From contig NW_020847586.1 in assembly GCF_003704095.1 (NCBI RefSeq), forward strand, positions 186,001 to 250,000: a DNA stretch of 64,000 nt, written 5' to 3'. The notes under the pieces were generated by a model. That model saw only the letters and a list, made by a program, of their open reading frames with translations. It did not search any database and had not been told where the DNA came from. The position numbers and the translations under genes are program-made. Source of the stretch: Pocillopora damicornis. Taxonomy: Eukaryota. This document shows positions 50,939-64,000 of the stretch, in pieces. The stretch's first letter is position 1. Every line of letters begins with the position of its first letter.

Positions 50939-52642
50939 CTTCGATCTTCTGGTCTGGTCTGACTTTTTTAGTCTATACCACACAGAAACCAAAAAGAAGT
51001 TTATTTCAATCAAAACAACGAAAAAAATAGTCGTAAATTAAACTCTCGACGCGCGATTTTGTATTTTCGGCTGCTCTGATGTGAGTAGTACTTGCCGTTC
51101 ACTTTCGACCTAGCCAATTAGCGCGCACAGAAAGCACCATTCACCTGTGTGGTATATTCTACCTTAAGATATTTCATGCACTGAAGACAAATTTTCTCCG
51201 ACCATGATGAATTAAATGATGTGAAAGAATTATGAATTACTAGTTCAAATTCAATCCTACTGAAGACCCAAATTTTCCAAATAAAAAATATAAGTATATA
51301 TTTTTTATAAACATTTTGCTAACAGAACTATTGCGTATTTTATTTAATTTTGCAGAGGCTCTATAGTTAAAATAACAAGAGTTTCGTCGCCTGCACACAA
51401 GTTCTAAAATCTTGAAGAAGTACTTCCCACGCTCACGCTTCCTCTCTCCAAAAGGGAGAGTTCACCAAAATTAAAGACCAAGATTTGACTCAAGATGTAC
51501 GTCGTCGAATTGTCGTGTCAGCTGGGCCAGTTCTCTTATGGTCTACGTGTGCTGTGAAATCGTAATTTTTAGATGGGTTTCCAGATATTTGGAACTTCTG
51601 TGTTACGCACCTTCCAACAGCTCTACATAAAAACTCTATTGTGTGGAATGTTGATTTTTCAGAGTTAAATGTGACTTCATGAATAAACAAGTTTGTAAGA
51701 AGCCGACAATTTTCAGTTTCCATAATAATTTGTAACATTTGTTTTAATTTTCCGTGAATGAATACTCTAACAATAAAACATGATTTATACGTTTAGATTG
51801 GTCAAGAGGAGTCTGCTGATACCCAATTTAACATTTCCACCGATCCTTAAAACAAAGAATATAACAAATGTTCAAAGATTCTATCCCCTGGGAAAAAAAC
51901 TGCGAAAGAACACATTTGATCGAGTGTGTTATCAAGCAACACTAAAACTTCAAGTTGTGCAGTTCATATGTGGCTGAGTTAAGAAAAAAATCCTTGATTT
52001 AAAGCGGAAAGAAATGTACCCATCTGGGCCACAATTTGGATTCAATTTGCATAACTATCAAAACAGCAAGCGTACTTTAAGTGACACACACTCGTTTTGT
52101 TTGGCATCGTGTAACAGCTGAAGGAGTGAATCACGTATTATAACATCAAGGACGAGAAGGTCACAGGACCAATCCCTTCAGGGGTGGGATAAGTACATTT
52201 ATATCTTTTGGCACTACAGAAAATAAGACATTCAATCCTGCATACCATTACTTCTATAATTCATGAAAGTGTTAATGTCTTTTCTAAAATGCAACAAGTA
52301 CTCAGTTCCAGCAGGAATTTTTTCTGAGGTCCTGCCTTCTATTCTAGTTCTTTTTACCTGTGGGATTCATCTCTGTTCTCTGATTTGGTTTCTTTTGTCT
52401 TTCAATAGTTTTTTTAATTGTGTTTTAATCTGAGAAAAGGTAAAGGTTTTAAGAGGTGCGCCTATTTGTCTGCCCTTCTTTGTTCGCCTCCTTGCTCGAT
52501 AGGTCTGGGAACTAGCAACCAGGGGAATGCCTCGAGCCTTTATTCCACCTGCTCACGCTGCATCATCTTCGACGAACTCTATTGCCGAATTTCACATCGA
52601 ATCGCTCCAGATCTACTTTTCTAAGGCTGTCTGACGCTAAAA

Positions 52643-55600
52643 ATGTTTTCTCGAGATCCATCAGTGAGCATTAAAGCCAGTGCCTCCTCCTTGTGCAACA
52701 ATCTTACGGTTTTATCATCGAAGGAGAAGCAGTCGTTAACTTATGGCGTCGTTCATAAGGCATTTGTTTGTATCACCACCGTTACTAAGGGGACTGTCGT
52801 CAACCAGAAACAAGTCTCTTGTAAAGGAGAAGGAGCTCATAGTAGCTCTGCTGTGTTGCAGGTATTTCTTTGCTTTGCTAATTGTTACACCAAGCGGGGT
52901 AATGGTTGAATTCACATTCAATGTAATTTTATGATCAGCTTGTTTACATTAGCAAGCTTCTTTAGCCATGACCTGAGCATGACTCGGATCGACTTTACTT
53001 ATGCTGGACATACAGTACACAGTAAAATATATGGTAACAATTTGACAATTAAACGTACATGAAAACTGAAAGTGCCTCTAGATCGGTGAAAAGTTAGCTC
53101 AGGTGTTCGTTCTTCTTTGCATTTAGACCTGAAAATCAATTTACAAATTTAAGATTATAAGTCTTTTAGGAGCTGGACAAGAGTTGGGTGACTTATGGTT
53201 TGAACTGAGAATTATGTTGTAACATTTGAACCATTTAATTGTCAGTAGCATAAACACATTTTCAACAATCTCCAGCATCTTAGTTTACATGTTATTGTCA
53301 ATTACCTGATTGGCTGAATTATTCATGCATTTTGATTGGTTGTTACATAGGTCATAAATCTATTAAGAGGACAGATGCATGGGTGATGTCACCATTGACA
53401 ACATTTGAATTTTTTTATACATGAAACAAATAGATTTGTTGTTGCTGTGGGTCTGTACAGTAATTTATCACAGAAGACATCAAATTAATGTGGCAAGAAC
53501 ATCAGTGACACACTTGGCTGCACCTCATATGCCACTTTTTGTTTTTACCACATTTTGACATTATCTGTGATATATCACAGTCATCAAACAGATGCATGAC
53601 AACATGGAATCTATTTGCTAGGAGCAGTACAGGGAGTCTTATTTCTTCACTGAGTTAATTTGTCATGTTTTGGATGATGACAAGTCACATTACTGACCCA
53701 ATTGCAAATTCTGTCAGATGAACACAAGTCCCGTAATTTCATCTTGAACATTTCAAACTGTTGTTATCCTGAATACATTCTGTGGTCCAAAATAATTTCA
53801 GACAACAACATTCTGTTATGTTCTGATTTTAAAATCACTTCTTACTGATGATAATTAACTTTTCAGGCAAAGTGGTGTGAACTTCCAGACAGAACTGTCC
53901 TGGTTATTACCTCTGTTAAGGGTGCCCAGGTACTTTTTTCTTCTTTACTTTATGAAATTTTTTTTTTAGTGCATTGAGAGCGGTAGTTACCCAACATTTA
54001 GCAAGCTGGACTCCTTGTAAATCTCTCTGTGTGCTGAATCTTCTATTCAGCATAACATGTGAGGCAGGGTTAAGTTACAAATAGAAAGGCCATGTTCTCA
54101 TTAGTATCGCCAATTAAAGCTTGATTAAAGTCCCTATTGACAGGCATTAGCAAACTTCACAGAAATCTTACAAAATGCTGCGGGGTTGGGGTGACTTGTG
54201 ATGAAGTAGCATACAGTTCAGGGGATGTATCAAAACTACCACAGTAGTTGCTTCTTGGTATAAAACTGAGACTTGGATAGGTTTTTTCAGAAAGGGAAGG
54301 GTTGTTCTCTCTTGGGAGATAACTAACACCTTATGATAAGTGGCACTTTTTTTTTTTTTTTGCTGTGCACTAGTTCCCATGACATACATCCACTGATTTA
54401 CTAGTTCTTGTTGGAATGGTTTATGATTTAGATGTTTGAAACTGATGGATCTATAATGATATTCTGGCAAGCACTTGGTGAATCAAAGGAAGGAGGTATG
54501 CTTTGTGTGTATTTTTCTAAATCATACATACCTGACTTACTAACCTTGTTTTGTCGGCCTGTTCTGTAAGTTACAGTTATAAGTCTGTAAGTTGTTTCTG
54601 TTCAGATTTGTGACCATGAATTCTTTTCTAAAATGGAGTCCAATTTGGAGACCTTTGTATCACATACCAAACTAAATCACACCCATACTCCCAAACTGTA
54701 AGTCATAATGAGTATAGTACATTTATTAATCAATACAAGACTTATTATTTATTTTTCTTATATAATTCAGTCTATTCCCATTTTGCAAGAGGAATATCGG
54801 CAGTAGGGGACAAGTATATTTGCGTAGGTGAGTGGAACTACAAGACAGATCTTTAGGATGTGTTTGTTTTAGTTTTGAACCTCTCACTCCAGTTTTAACC
54901 ATCTGCTCTTATGTATGTTGGCAAATCACCCTCTAAGTGTCTGTTATGTAATCTGGTAAAGAAAGTATAAAATTAGTAATAGTTTTCACGTTGTTGAGTC
55001 CTTGACAGAGTTGTCTATCTGCCCTTACATGAAGTGTCTGCCTTCAGAGGGTGTACCTCATACAAGGGTGTTGGCATATGAGAAGTGTCCGCATACAGAA
55101 TTGCTCACCTTGCAGAGAATCGTCAATGTTTCAGAAGTGTTTTCCCCTTTAATATTTTTACCCACATATGGTGGTGTACATGGAGCTCTCTGTCCACATA
55201 GGTGTGCTTGCTCAAATTTGTTACACCCAGCAAGTTTGTTATTTTAGGTACTTCTGAGGGTGGTATCATGGTGTTTGACATTCCCCCACGTGGCACAGCT
55301 GTTAAACTACAGGAGACACTTACCTCACACAAGACAGCCATTTGTGNNNNNNNNNNNNNNNNNNNNNNNNNNNNNNNNNNNNNNNNNNNNNNNNNNNNNN
55401 NNNNNNNNNNNNNNNNNNNNNNNNNNNNNNNNNNNNNNNNNNNNNNATATACTCCAACTTCCTCTTATTTCCCAATAGTGCCATCTACCAGCAGAGTAAC
55501 AAAGAAAGTAGGCCATTTTGGACAGTAATTTTACAGGCCCGAAGTTATATATTTCTAAATTTTAAGGAATGATTACGCGATTCTTCAGTCAAACACTGGT

Positions 55601-57024
55601 CCATCCTTTTTCATTTCCTGACATCTTTATTGCTTGAATTTCAAATTTGTCAAATCTCGATCTTGAATGAAACACGATATACAAAAAACGCACTTTTCGG
55701 GCCCGTGAACTCGATAAGTCTTTCGAGAAGCGAGCCCCAGCATCCTCATTGCTCCTAGGAACAGCAGTGTTTATGGTGTTATTTTTGAAAAATCGAGTAA
55801 AAAAGATGATCGAGATTTCTAGCCTAGTTGTCTGTATGAAGAAAGATTTGAAACACCTATCATAAGCGTTGTAACCACCACTGTTTGGATTGTTTGTCTT
55901 TTATTGTTTATATATAATTACATGTAAATAACGTAATGTTGTTACTATCCCCAGCTTGTCACAGTTTCAGAAGACTCTAGTGTCAGAGTATGGAAGCTTT
56001 CTGCTGATAGCAGTCCAACGGTAGGTTTTTCAGCAAGGATTACTTTTTGCTGTAATTTTTGTGATTGGCTAATCGCCCATGAAGATCCTTCGTTGTGATT
56101 GGACATTGTGATACTTTGAATTTGCGACTCTGAACTCCAAGCACAGGAAAACCTGATGAAAGGGGGTAATTTTCTGAACAAACTGTGGTGCTGCGTCGTT
56201 GGGAGAGTATAATTAAACTCCAAGCACAGGAAAACCTGATAAAAGGGTGTAAGTTTCTAAAGAAACTATGGTGCTACGTCGGTGGGAGAGTATAACTGGA
56301 TAATTTAATATTATCGACTGAGTCGATAACGTAAATTGGTCTCCGTAAAGAGTTTAAATGGTAACGTTTTGATAGAACTGGCCAATCGCCCTGACGAAGG
56401 GCTAACGCTCGAACCTTTAGCTTTGAAACTCTTTACGGTGGCCAATTTCCGTCAACAACTCGCTTAATAATACCAAATTACCCTGAATGACTGATAGCCT
56501 ACAAACAGGCCCCCATCGCGGCAGAATGAGCGTTTTTCAGCCTGCGAGAACATTTAAATGGTCTGGCACTAAAGAGTGTCAGACCATTCGCAGACCTCTA
56601 GATGACTCGCGTTTCTCAAGTGCTGAAATATGCTCGCTGGCGAAGAAACGCTAGTACTGAAGCGCTAAAATTGACGACGGCCAGCTCGCAAGCTGAAAGA
56701 CCAAGTACTTTGGTTCTATTCAAACTTTACATCTGATTAGGTTGATCGGTGGCAAGAGGTTTCTCGACCAATCACAGAGCGTAAAACAGCAAACCAAAGC
56801 AATCCAGGATGCCTTTCGGCACTCATTGGAAATTTCGCTTTAACATTTGACATTTGACATTTGATTCTATTGCCGAAATTTTTTTCTTTCAGATGGAGAT
56901 GGTATTTCAACAAGTCATTGCAGATACCCAGCTGTGTGGAGCAAGATTCACAGACTTGTCAGGAGACTCCTTTGGTGTGACTGGATATGACTTAGCAGAG
57001 ATAATAATGTTCTCCAAAAAATAG
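52643..57024 (+). CDS. WDR54: WD repeat-containing protein 54. Exons 52643-52861, 53867-53929, 54432-54495, 54771-54827, 55248-(gap), 55955-56020, 56893-57024
   Basis: SASSLCNNLTVL..YGVVH, WCELPDRTVLVITS.KG.QM, FARGISA..ICVGT..G..MVFDIP, and C-terminal ADTQLCGARF..SGDSFGVTGYDLAEI match WDR54. Middle exons are missing in the gap. Confidence 0.92.
55347..55446. other. Assembly gap (100 N placeholder) in WDR54
   Basis: N run. Confidence 0.99.
56133..56485. mobile_element. Penelope-like repeat cluster: 83-bp tandem pair plus inverted arms around a degenerate hammerhead core
   Basis: AACTCCAAGCACAGGAAAACCTGAT..GGGAGAGTATAA at 56133 and 56216. CTGACGAAGGGCTAACGCTCGAAC at 56391. Arms GTAAATTGGTCTCCGTAAAGAGTTT / AAACTCTTTACGGTGGCCAATTT. 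Confidence 0.6.
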
Positions 57025-57098
57025 AAATTTCCATAATTTATTCCCGGTTACCATAACGTCGAAAATTTCCCATAACGATTACTTCGTGGGTGCGTATC

Positions 57099-57538
57099 GA
57101 AAGTGGTTTTGCCAAAGGTAAGCCCGCAACTCCACGGCCCAGCAGGTCAGCGGCCCGCGGTATTCTTAAGGTCCAATGCCTGGCGACTCACTTTACTGCC
57201 ACCTCTCCAATGGGTGCTCCAATATGTCACGCTCTTGTAGCTCGTGGCAATAAAATGATAAAGATGAAATCCGAGAACTTTGAGAATGAATGTCTGTTTA
57301 GCCGGCAGGTTCTGTGATTAAAAAACGTTCAAAGACTAAACATTTTCCCCATGCAAAACGAAAGGAGATGTAGCAAAGCTTGCAAATGGTTGAAAATATA
57401 AAAAAGCACGAGCACAAAGACTTGCCATTATTCGTCTTCAGAGTTCACAATTTTGGTATGTATATGTTGTCCGCTGACCATGAAAAGTAGCAATGAAATG
57501 AGCCGCAGGCCGCGGGCTGCTCTTGGCAAAACCCTTTC
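57099..57538. mobile_element. Non-autonomous DNA transposon (MITE)
   Basis: Imperfect TIRs GAAAGTGGTTTTGCCAAAGGTAAGCCCGC / GCGGGCTGCTCTTGGCAAAACCCTTTC. Confidence 0.65.
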
Positions 57539-60103
57539 AAAGAGACGTTGGTAAAACCTAACTTTGTTTTTTTTTCCTTTCTGACTTTTACTGGGCCTCA
57601 TTTTGTTGTTTTGCATTGTATTGTTTCCATTTAATACTCTTAGATACATATTTAATTAGCCGTAGCAACAGCGCTATTTGCAGCTTGAAAATCCTCTACA
57701 TAACATGACATAACGCTATAAATATCGGTGCAGTAACCAGCTTAACAGTTTAAAATAAATTTTATCTTGTTACATATCAAGGGTTTTAGTTCTTTAAAAA
57801 TGATATGATTATCGAGATTAACCTTTTTGTTATTTACAAGTAAGTTAGACTCCATTGCCGTTGTTCAAATTTGCAGCCGTTTTGGCTGGAAAAAGACAGC
57901 AAATTCTGTTCTTTTTTTCTGTAAATAGGGCAGATCACATACATAAACTGGGTTTTGATATAGTGCTTTTGGAAGGAGTTTGTCTCTTGCGGTGGCAGTT
58001 TTACTTGTAAATAGCTGATTAATCGCCAATAGATTACTGTACTTACAACTGACGCAGTTTCGTCTCAAAATCCTCTTCATGACGTTGTACATATAGTACT
58101 CGAGCGAATCAATTTGATCCATCAAGAGTTGTAGTAATTTTAAAAATTTTGCAATTATACAGATTAACCTTTCGTCAGTTGTACCGACAAATTCTGCTTT
58201 CCTCTCTGTTGAATTGAGCACACATATCGACCACGTGAACTGAGTTTTACGATTCAGGGCCCGCTTTTTGAAAGAAAATTCAAGAACAAAGTAGTAAAAT
58301 TAAGCTAATTTAGGGTTAAACAGGTCTCATTTACGATTTGAATAAGTCAGTTTTCCAGAGATTTTCATCAACATCATTTTCGCTGCTTGAGGGTCGACGA
58401 CAAAGACGAGTGTTAAAGAAGAGTAGTGAACCTTGATTAACCAGTATGATTAGGATAATTAGCTTGTGAAAATCCGTCGACATAAGTGTTTCTGACGTAT
58501 TTCAGCGACAAAAAAACTCTTTGTTCAAATCATAGACACGATTTAAGTTCAAATATTCATAATCCACAGAGCGAACTTTGAACGACGCCAAGGTACATTC
58601 TAGGTTAGTACAAAAATTAACGAACACCGGAAGTCTTCTCATGGCGACATATGAAGATGCCGTGGGTTTTGCCAGTGTTTGAAAATATGATCATAAAATT
58701 TCTTCGTTGGTTATTTTTCCAGATAAATAATGAGCTATTTCTTCGATGCTGAAGTTACCTAAGTAGAACGCCAGCAGTTCAAAATAAATCCGTTTCAGTT
58801 GTTGATTAGAGAAGATTCGGTTTTTTTTTTGTTACATCTTTATTTATTCTAAATGAACTGCAAATTATCGGTTTGAAGTAAAAGTACCAGTCACATACAG
58901 TGTACTTTAAAAAAATAACTGGGAAAATTATTAAATAGTAGGTACACTTTGATTTGGATAGTTATTGAGAAGTGATTTGTAACCATCAGCCGAGCTATTT
59001 ATAAGATATTAATTCTAATTATATTTATCAATAATGGTAGATCTGTCTATGAGTCACTTCAATTTCAGTATCAGAGAGTTGCTATGATGGCGACTCATCT
59101 TGCACAAATATCGTTAATACTTAAATTTAGTTATAAATTAGTGTTCGTTTATTCGAGGGAAATATTCGATGAGTTATAAAATTTTTTGCTTTCGTGCAGA
59201 TAGAGAACTAATCTGCATGGTTTGTAGTAAACTTAATGTAAATTTTAACTTTGTCAACAACCCGTGACATGCTTATGCAATTATCACTGTGAAACTAAGG
59301 TGTGGTCCCAGAGTGCATGTGTATTTGAACCTTCTTTTCGACAGGAATAACGATGATTTCGATGTAATTATCTTAATAGGAGACAACCTTGCATTAGCTT
59401 TAATGCAAATAGGAAGCTAATGAAGGACTCCTTTAATGGCAAATCATAGCCTACGCCCTCACACATATAAATGAATGAAGTGACGTTACATTAAAGTGGT
59501 TGAACTTAAAGAAACACTGTTCCGTGTCTCAGTTATTTTATAAATGGCAAGCTTAAGAACGAAAATGGCTAGGAAATAGCGAAATAATTTTCTTTCTTTT
59601 TTTTTTTTTGCGTAGAATGCGAGACTGATTTGGCCTTGATGCAGTTCAAAAGAACTTCCTATTCCTATTGATCTTGGATGTAGAGACTCGATGAATCTCT
59701 CACCGGTTTAGATCCTTGTAATTTTTTTTTGTCGTTCATGTTGCTGCTTTTGTTAGGGACAAAAAAAAGTTACAACCTGAAATTGTTGAACTGAAATTTT
59801 TGTATTTTGAATTATCAATTCTTTTCCTCAAGTAAGAGGTTTTTGAACGAAATATTTGAGGTTTGAAAACCGTCAGAAAGTAAGTCTAACTTGACAACAA
59901 CATTACCACCTGTTCTGTAAACTTGACTTTTGTTTCGCGGCAAATGTCTAACTCACCTTTCATTGGCTGAGACCTGTCCAATCAGAGTTCAGCAAACATT
60001 GGTGCTTGTTTCAGCACCGCGCTGAGCGACCCTCGCAATAGAGCAGACATTTTGTTTTGTCCTTCTTAAATGAGGGAACCAAACTTATACCATAAACAAA
60101 TGG

Positions 60104-63100
60104 ATGTACGTTGGACGTTATAAGACATGTTATTTAACGAGTGAAGAGCTTGGACAGCGTCCAGTTAAATCAGAAGCGGGTAAGTTAACGGTGGCTCTTA
60201 CTGCTCGGAGTTGTATGCCACACTTGTTGATACTGTGAAAGCTTCAAATCATACATTTGTCAACTGGCGATGGTCATTCACAAAAACAACCAACCGGAGG
60301 ATTAAGTGGCCATGTGAAATTGCGACTCACTTTACGTGTTATGTGATCTATATCCTGTTAAATCACCCACGATATCCGGAATTAGATAGAGGCAAGATCG
60401 AGGAACCAAGCGCCAGCTTTAGTTGCGTTACCCTTTGTATATACCAAGCTAAAACTGACTATATTTAGCCTTGAATATTTACCTGAATGAAAGTTGGTGA
60501 AAGGAACGCATGATTATTGTTCGGTGACTAGCAGTGGGTCAGAAAAACTTATCGATCCTTTTTCTCTGCAAAAGATTGCGCCTGAATTAACTTTTATAAA
60601 GGTTAATCTGAGTAAAGTTTGTTAAGGCACAAATGTAGTTATAAGCTTAAAACGATCACATGAAGTGAAGCGTACATTTGTGCAATTCGATCGGGCTCAG
60701 TGACCCTTTGTTATTGTAATGACTCTCGCTTTCTTTGTTCGAACGTTATTCAGCTCAACCAAGTCTTCGCACAGCTTCCTGCTGGACATCAAACACTCAA
60801 ACAGACGCTCGAACTTCTGATCGAAGCTTCGGGGAGGCTTCGAACGCTTCGAAAACGGCCGATTCTTGGAACTGGAGGATGCCCAGTGTCCCGCTTCCAA
60901 GCCCAAGCTATTCAACGGGGTAAATTATACAGCATAATCTTTATAATTTTTTATTTTACGGTACGCTGCGGCAAACCTGCTTTGGATCGACGCATTTTTC
61001 TTGCTTCCGTCGTGATCATCGATGCATGCAAGCGTAATAGACATAGCCTGATTTCAGACGGGGTGCTTTGCAGTTTTGCAACTCGTTCTCTTTGCGTGTT
61101 TGCCGCTTATTGAGTTTGTATAATAGGATCGAAACGACACGGCGCAAAAAGTTAATCGATCGTTTACCAATCTTTCCTTCTCACTTCAGGCGTCATACTC
61201 CGTATTACACCCATCCAGATGTGAGAATCTATGAGCTCAATCGTCGCTTACAGCACCGGATAGAGGTAAGGCGATGTCAAGGGTTGCTAGCATTTGTTAC
61301 TGTACCGTGAAAGGCAAAAGCAGATATTTTTTTCACCGCGAGGGTCGTCACGAACTTAGGAAACGATCGTTGGTACTGTCTGCGGGGTCATATGGACAGA
61401 TTTCACTCGAGTTTAATTTTACAGGCTGAAACTGCCGAAGATTTACACTCGAAAGGGAACTGGCTTGCTAACAAAGGCCTACGATAGCTCTCCATTATTT
61501 ATTGTAGTATTCAAGTGATGGCAAAATACAATATGTTTTGCTCTTTGTACCCAGTAAAGAGATAAAGTAATATTGATCGTGAGGTTTTTGATTTGTGAAA
61601 TAAAAGGAAAGAAAGGAGGTTGCAGAGGAGTTGTATCATAGCTTTCCTAACCTTTACAGTCCGTTAAAATGAATTTTATTAGGCATACAGTCAGATAACG
61701 ATATGTCCATTCCAAAATGAATTTATTAATGATCTTCAAAACATTATTAATGCCTACTTAGTATACTTAACAATTGCTGAAATATTCTGTCGGTAGTTTA
61801 GCCTATTGTTATCATGTCACTTGTCAAACTGCTGTTACTGATCCTTTTAGAGAAATATGAGAAGCTCTTCCTGTTTTAGTTTTTCTTCCCAACTTCATTG
61901 ATAATGCAACCAAGCCCATTATTTACAGCCAAAATACATACAAAAGAGAAGTTTCACCACAAGACAGTCTAAACGATTATATAAAGTTTCATCTGTAATA
62001 GCTAAGCTTCTGAACATGTTTAATACTAGGAAATTTTACACACCAACCTTTCACTTAACTATACAATTCAATTTCTTAGAGTGAAACTTAATCCACCTTG
62101 TTTTGAAAACACAAGTGTAAGGAGTGGTCCATATATATTTGGGTCAGGTAAACCGAAAAGTTACCACAAAAATTTATATCACAGATTGAAGAATTCCATT
62201 GACAGAAGATATCATTTCCTATTATTTAAAGTGGTAACATCTTGTACTCCATGAAAACTTGCAAGGAGAGGCATTTACGAAAAAAGATTTATAATGTTTG
62301 AAAAGAAATGTATCAAGAACAGTGTGGAAAATATTCATAACGATGTTAGGGTGTTAAAGGTTAATGTCTGCTAATCTCTTTTTATTTCAGGATGCTGATA
62401 ATGTTTGGTGGGATGCATTTGCATCAGAATTTTTTGATGATGACGCTACCCTGACATTAAGCTTTTGCTTGGAAGATGGGCCAAAAAGATATTGTATGTC
62501 TCACTTAGAGCCTCTTTAAATCCTTAATGACCACACCTTTATTCATATTTTTTAGTCATTTTTGTTAACTTTTTGTTAACTTTTTTACCCCCTTACTTGG
62601 ATATAACTAGATTTGCAAGACTTGAATTTCAGAATCTGGTAGAAAATGTTGGGAAAATATGTCACAGTCTGTAACTTCCTAAATATTGATGAGAATAGTG
62701 CCATAGAGAAGCTGTTGTCCTTTTTCTGATTGGTCTATTTATCCGTTAAAGCAAATTATTGTTAAATAGGAGGAACAAAACTTTGGGTGAATAGAGAGAA
62801 CTGTAGGGCTGTGTTAGCCTCTTTTCACCAGCATAAGCATGTTTGGGATTTTCTTGGAGGCCACATTTGGCATCATGTTTTTTTTAATAAACACATATTT
62901 AGCAAAATTTGAATTAAAAAAAGACTCCTTGTGTGGTTCTCTGGAATGTCCAAACCCTGTGGAGAGATTTAGGAATTTGAGAAACTTAAAATTTATGGAA
63001 CTTAGGATGAAATTTCTTAAGGCGTTTGGAACAATATACAATTTTATATGTGAGTGTGATAGAAATATTTACAAGGACAGTGCATTGCTCTTTGGTCTCA

Positions 63101-63323
63101 CACTTTTAACATTTTTTTCCCTTTTTTTTTAAAAATTCTTTTAGCTATTGGACGGAACTTGATTCCAAGATATTTCCGAAGTATATTTGAAGGGGGAGTC
63201 AAAGAACTGTATTATCATGTGGTGCAGCCAAAAGAGTCCTACCACAACAACACTAGTACAATAACATTAGACTGTGAAAATACAACGATGATTACACATC
63301 ATAAAATGCCAGTCTTCACCAAG
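60104..63323 (+). CDS. LDB1: LIM domain-binding protein (LDB1/LDB2/Chip), 5' part. Exons 60104-60179 (tentative), 60754-60919, 61190-61265, 62391-62493, 63145-63323; continues beyond the window
   Basis: GRHTPY..DVRIYELNRRLQ, DNVWWDAFASEFFDDDATLTLSFCLEDGPKRY, IGRNLIPRYFRSIFEGGVKELYY..PKES..LDCE: the LDB dimerization domain. Probably pro-orthologous to LDB1 and LDB2. The start could instead be Met at 60879. Confidence 0.93.
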
Positions 63324-64000
63324 GTTTGTATCACAGGTGGTCTGCTCCTTGTTGGGTGGTCATAAGTGTTGATTAGGTAAACATAAACACTTCATAACCT
63401 TGTCCAAATTGAGGACTAAAAATCGAAAATTTGTCACATGGAGAAGCTTTCCTTGTAGTAAGATAAGACATGGTCCAACAGATACACAATTAAATTTTCA
63501 ATTCAATAGTGACAACAATTCTTAATTTTAGTGACCTTTGTGCGACAGGGTACAGCATCTTACATGTTAACCCTTCAACTTCAAAGATCTGATTGTTAAT
63601 TCTTCTCTCTAGTTGTTACACATTTCCTTGTAAATTGGTTACAAGAATTGGGTGTTAGATCAAGATTACAACTTTTACTGGATTGGTTTGAGTAGTCTCA
63701 TTATCTCTTTGCCTACCAAAGTATGGATGTTGCAGGGTGGAGTTGCATGTCTATCTCTTCTGGGTTAAGATTCAGTTCACATTTGTTTGGCTGCAGTGAC
63801 TTCAGGGAAAATGAAACTTTTAAACCAAATTTTACAGTTTTAGTGTAAACACAAAAGTGACCAACCAAATTAGCAGAAACGCTTCTCAGTCATCTTTTGT
63901 TCCTTCCATCCTGAGCATTTGTTGACATGATTGAATTTAGTTTGAAATCATTGTTCTTTCCCTGTGAGGTGATTAGTCAAATTGATTCATGTGACGCTAT

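Noticed and set aside
50692-51041. ORFs of 112, 92 and 69 aa
   Set aside because: Off-frame readings of the RTE retrotransposon fragment.
51350-52620. Unique-looking 1.3-kb stretch upstream of WDR54 with splice-like signals and ACA-ending segments (snoRNA host or pseudogene?)
   Set aside because: All frames I read contain frequent stops, no protein family was recognisable, and I found no convincing C/D or H/ACA architecture. A cmscan/blastx search is still worthwhile.
57865-58221. 118-aa minus-strand ORF
   Set aside because: Non-ATG start, no recognisable motifs, no supported exon chain.
58300-58325. TAACCCTAA on the minus strand as a telomerase RNA template
   Set aside because: A short match expected by chance; no pseudoknot, CR4/5 or H/ACA elements identified.

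Overview
Eukaryotic, AT-rich, intron-rich animal DNA. Gene content and repeat families point to an anthozoan, probably a stony coral (inference). I spliced eight genes by hand from GT-AG junctions and exon phase: UIMC1/RAP80-like (+, 1330-15643), an intronless class A GPCR (+, 18885-19847), a Canopy CNPY3/4-like ER protein with a very long charged tail (-, 22371-26843), a VPS9-domain protein fused to a region resembling fungal Stb2/Stb6 (+, 27494-33298), a PIM-like kinase (-, 34323-38162), SUPV3L1 (+, 38923-50631), WDR54 (+, 52643-57024, broken by a gap) and the 5' part of LDB1/2 (+, from 60104). A possible ninth gene runs off the left edge on the - strand. Introns carry MITEs, tRNA-derived SINEs, an RTE-type LINE 3' end and Penelope-like repeats with minimal hammerhead ribozyme cores. 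The most novel-looking items are the VPS9/Stb6-like/peptidoglycan-binding-like fusion and the Canopy tail. There are two assembly gaps (6347-6476, 55347-55446). All homology calls are from remembered family motifs, not database searches.
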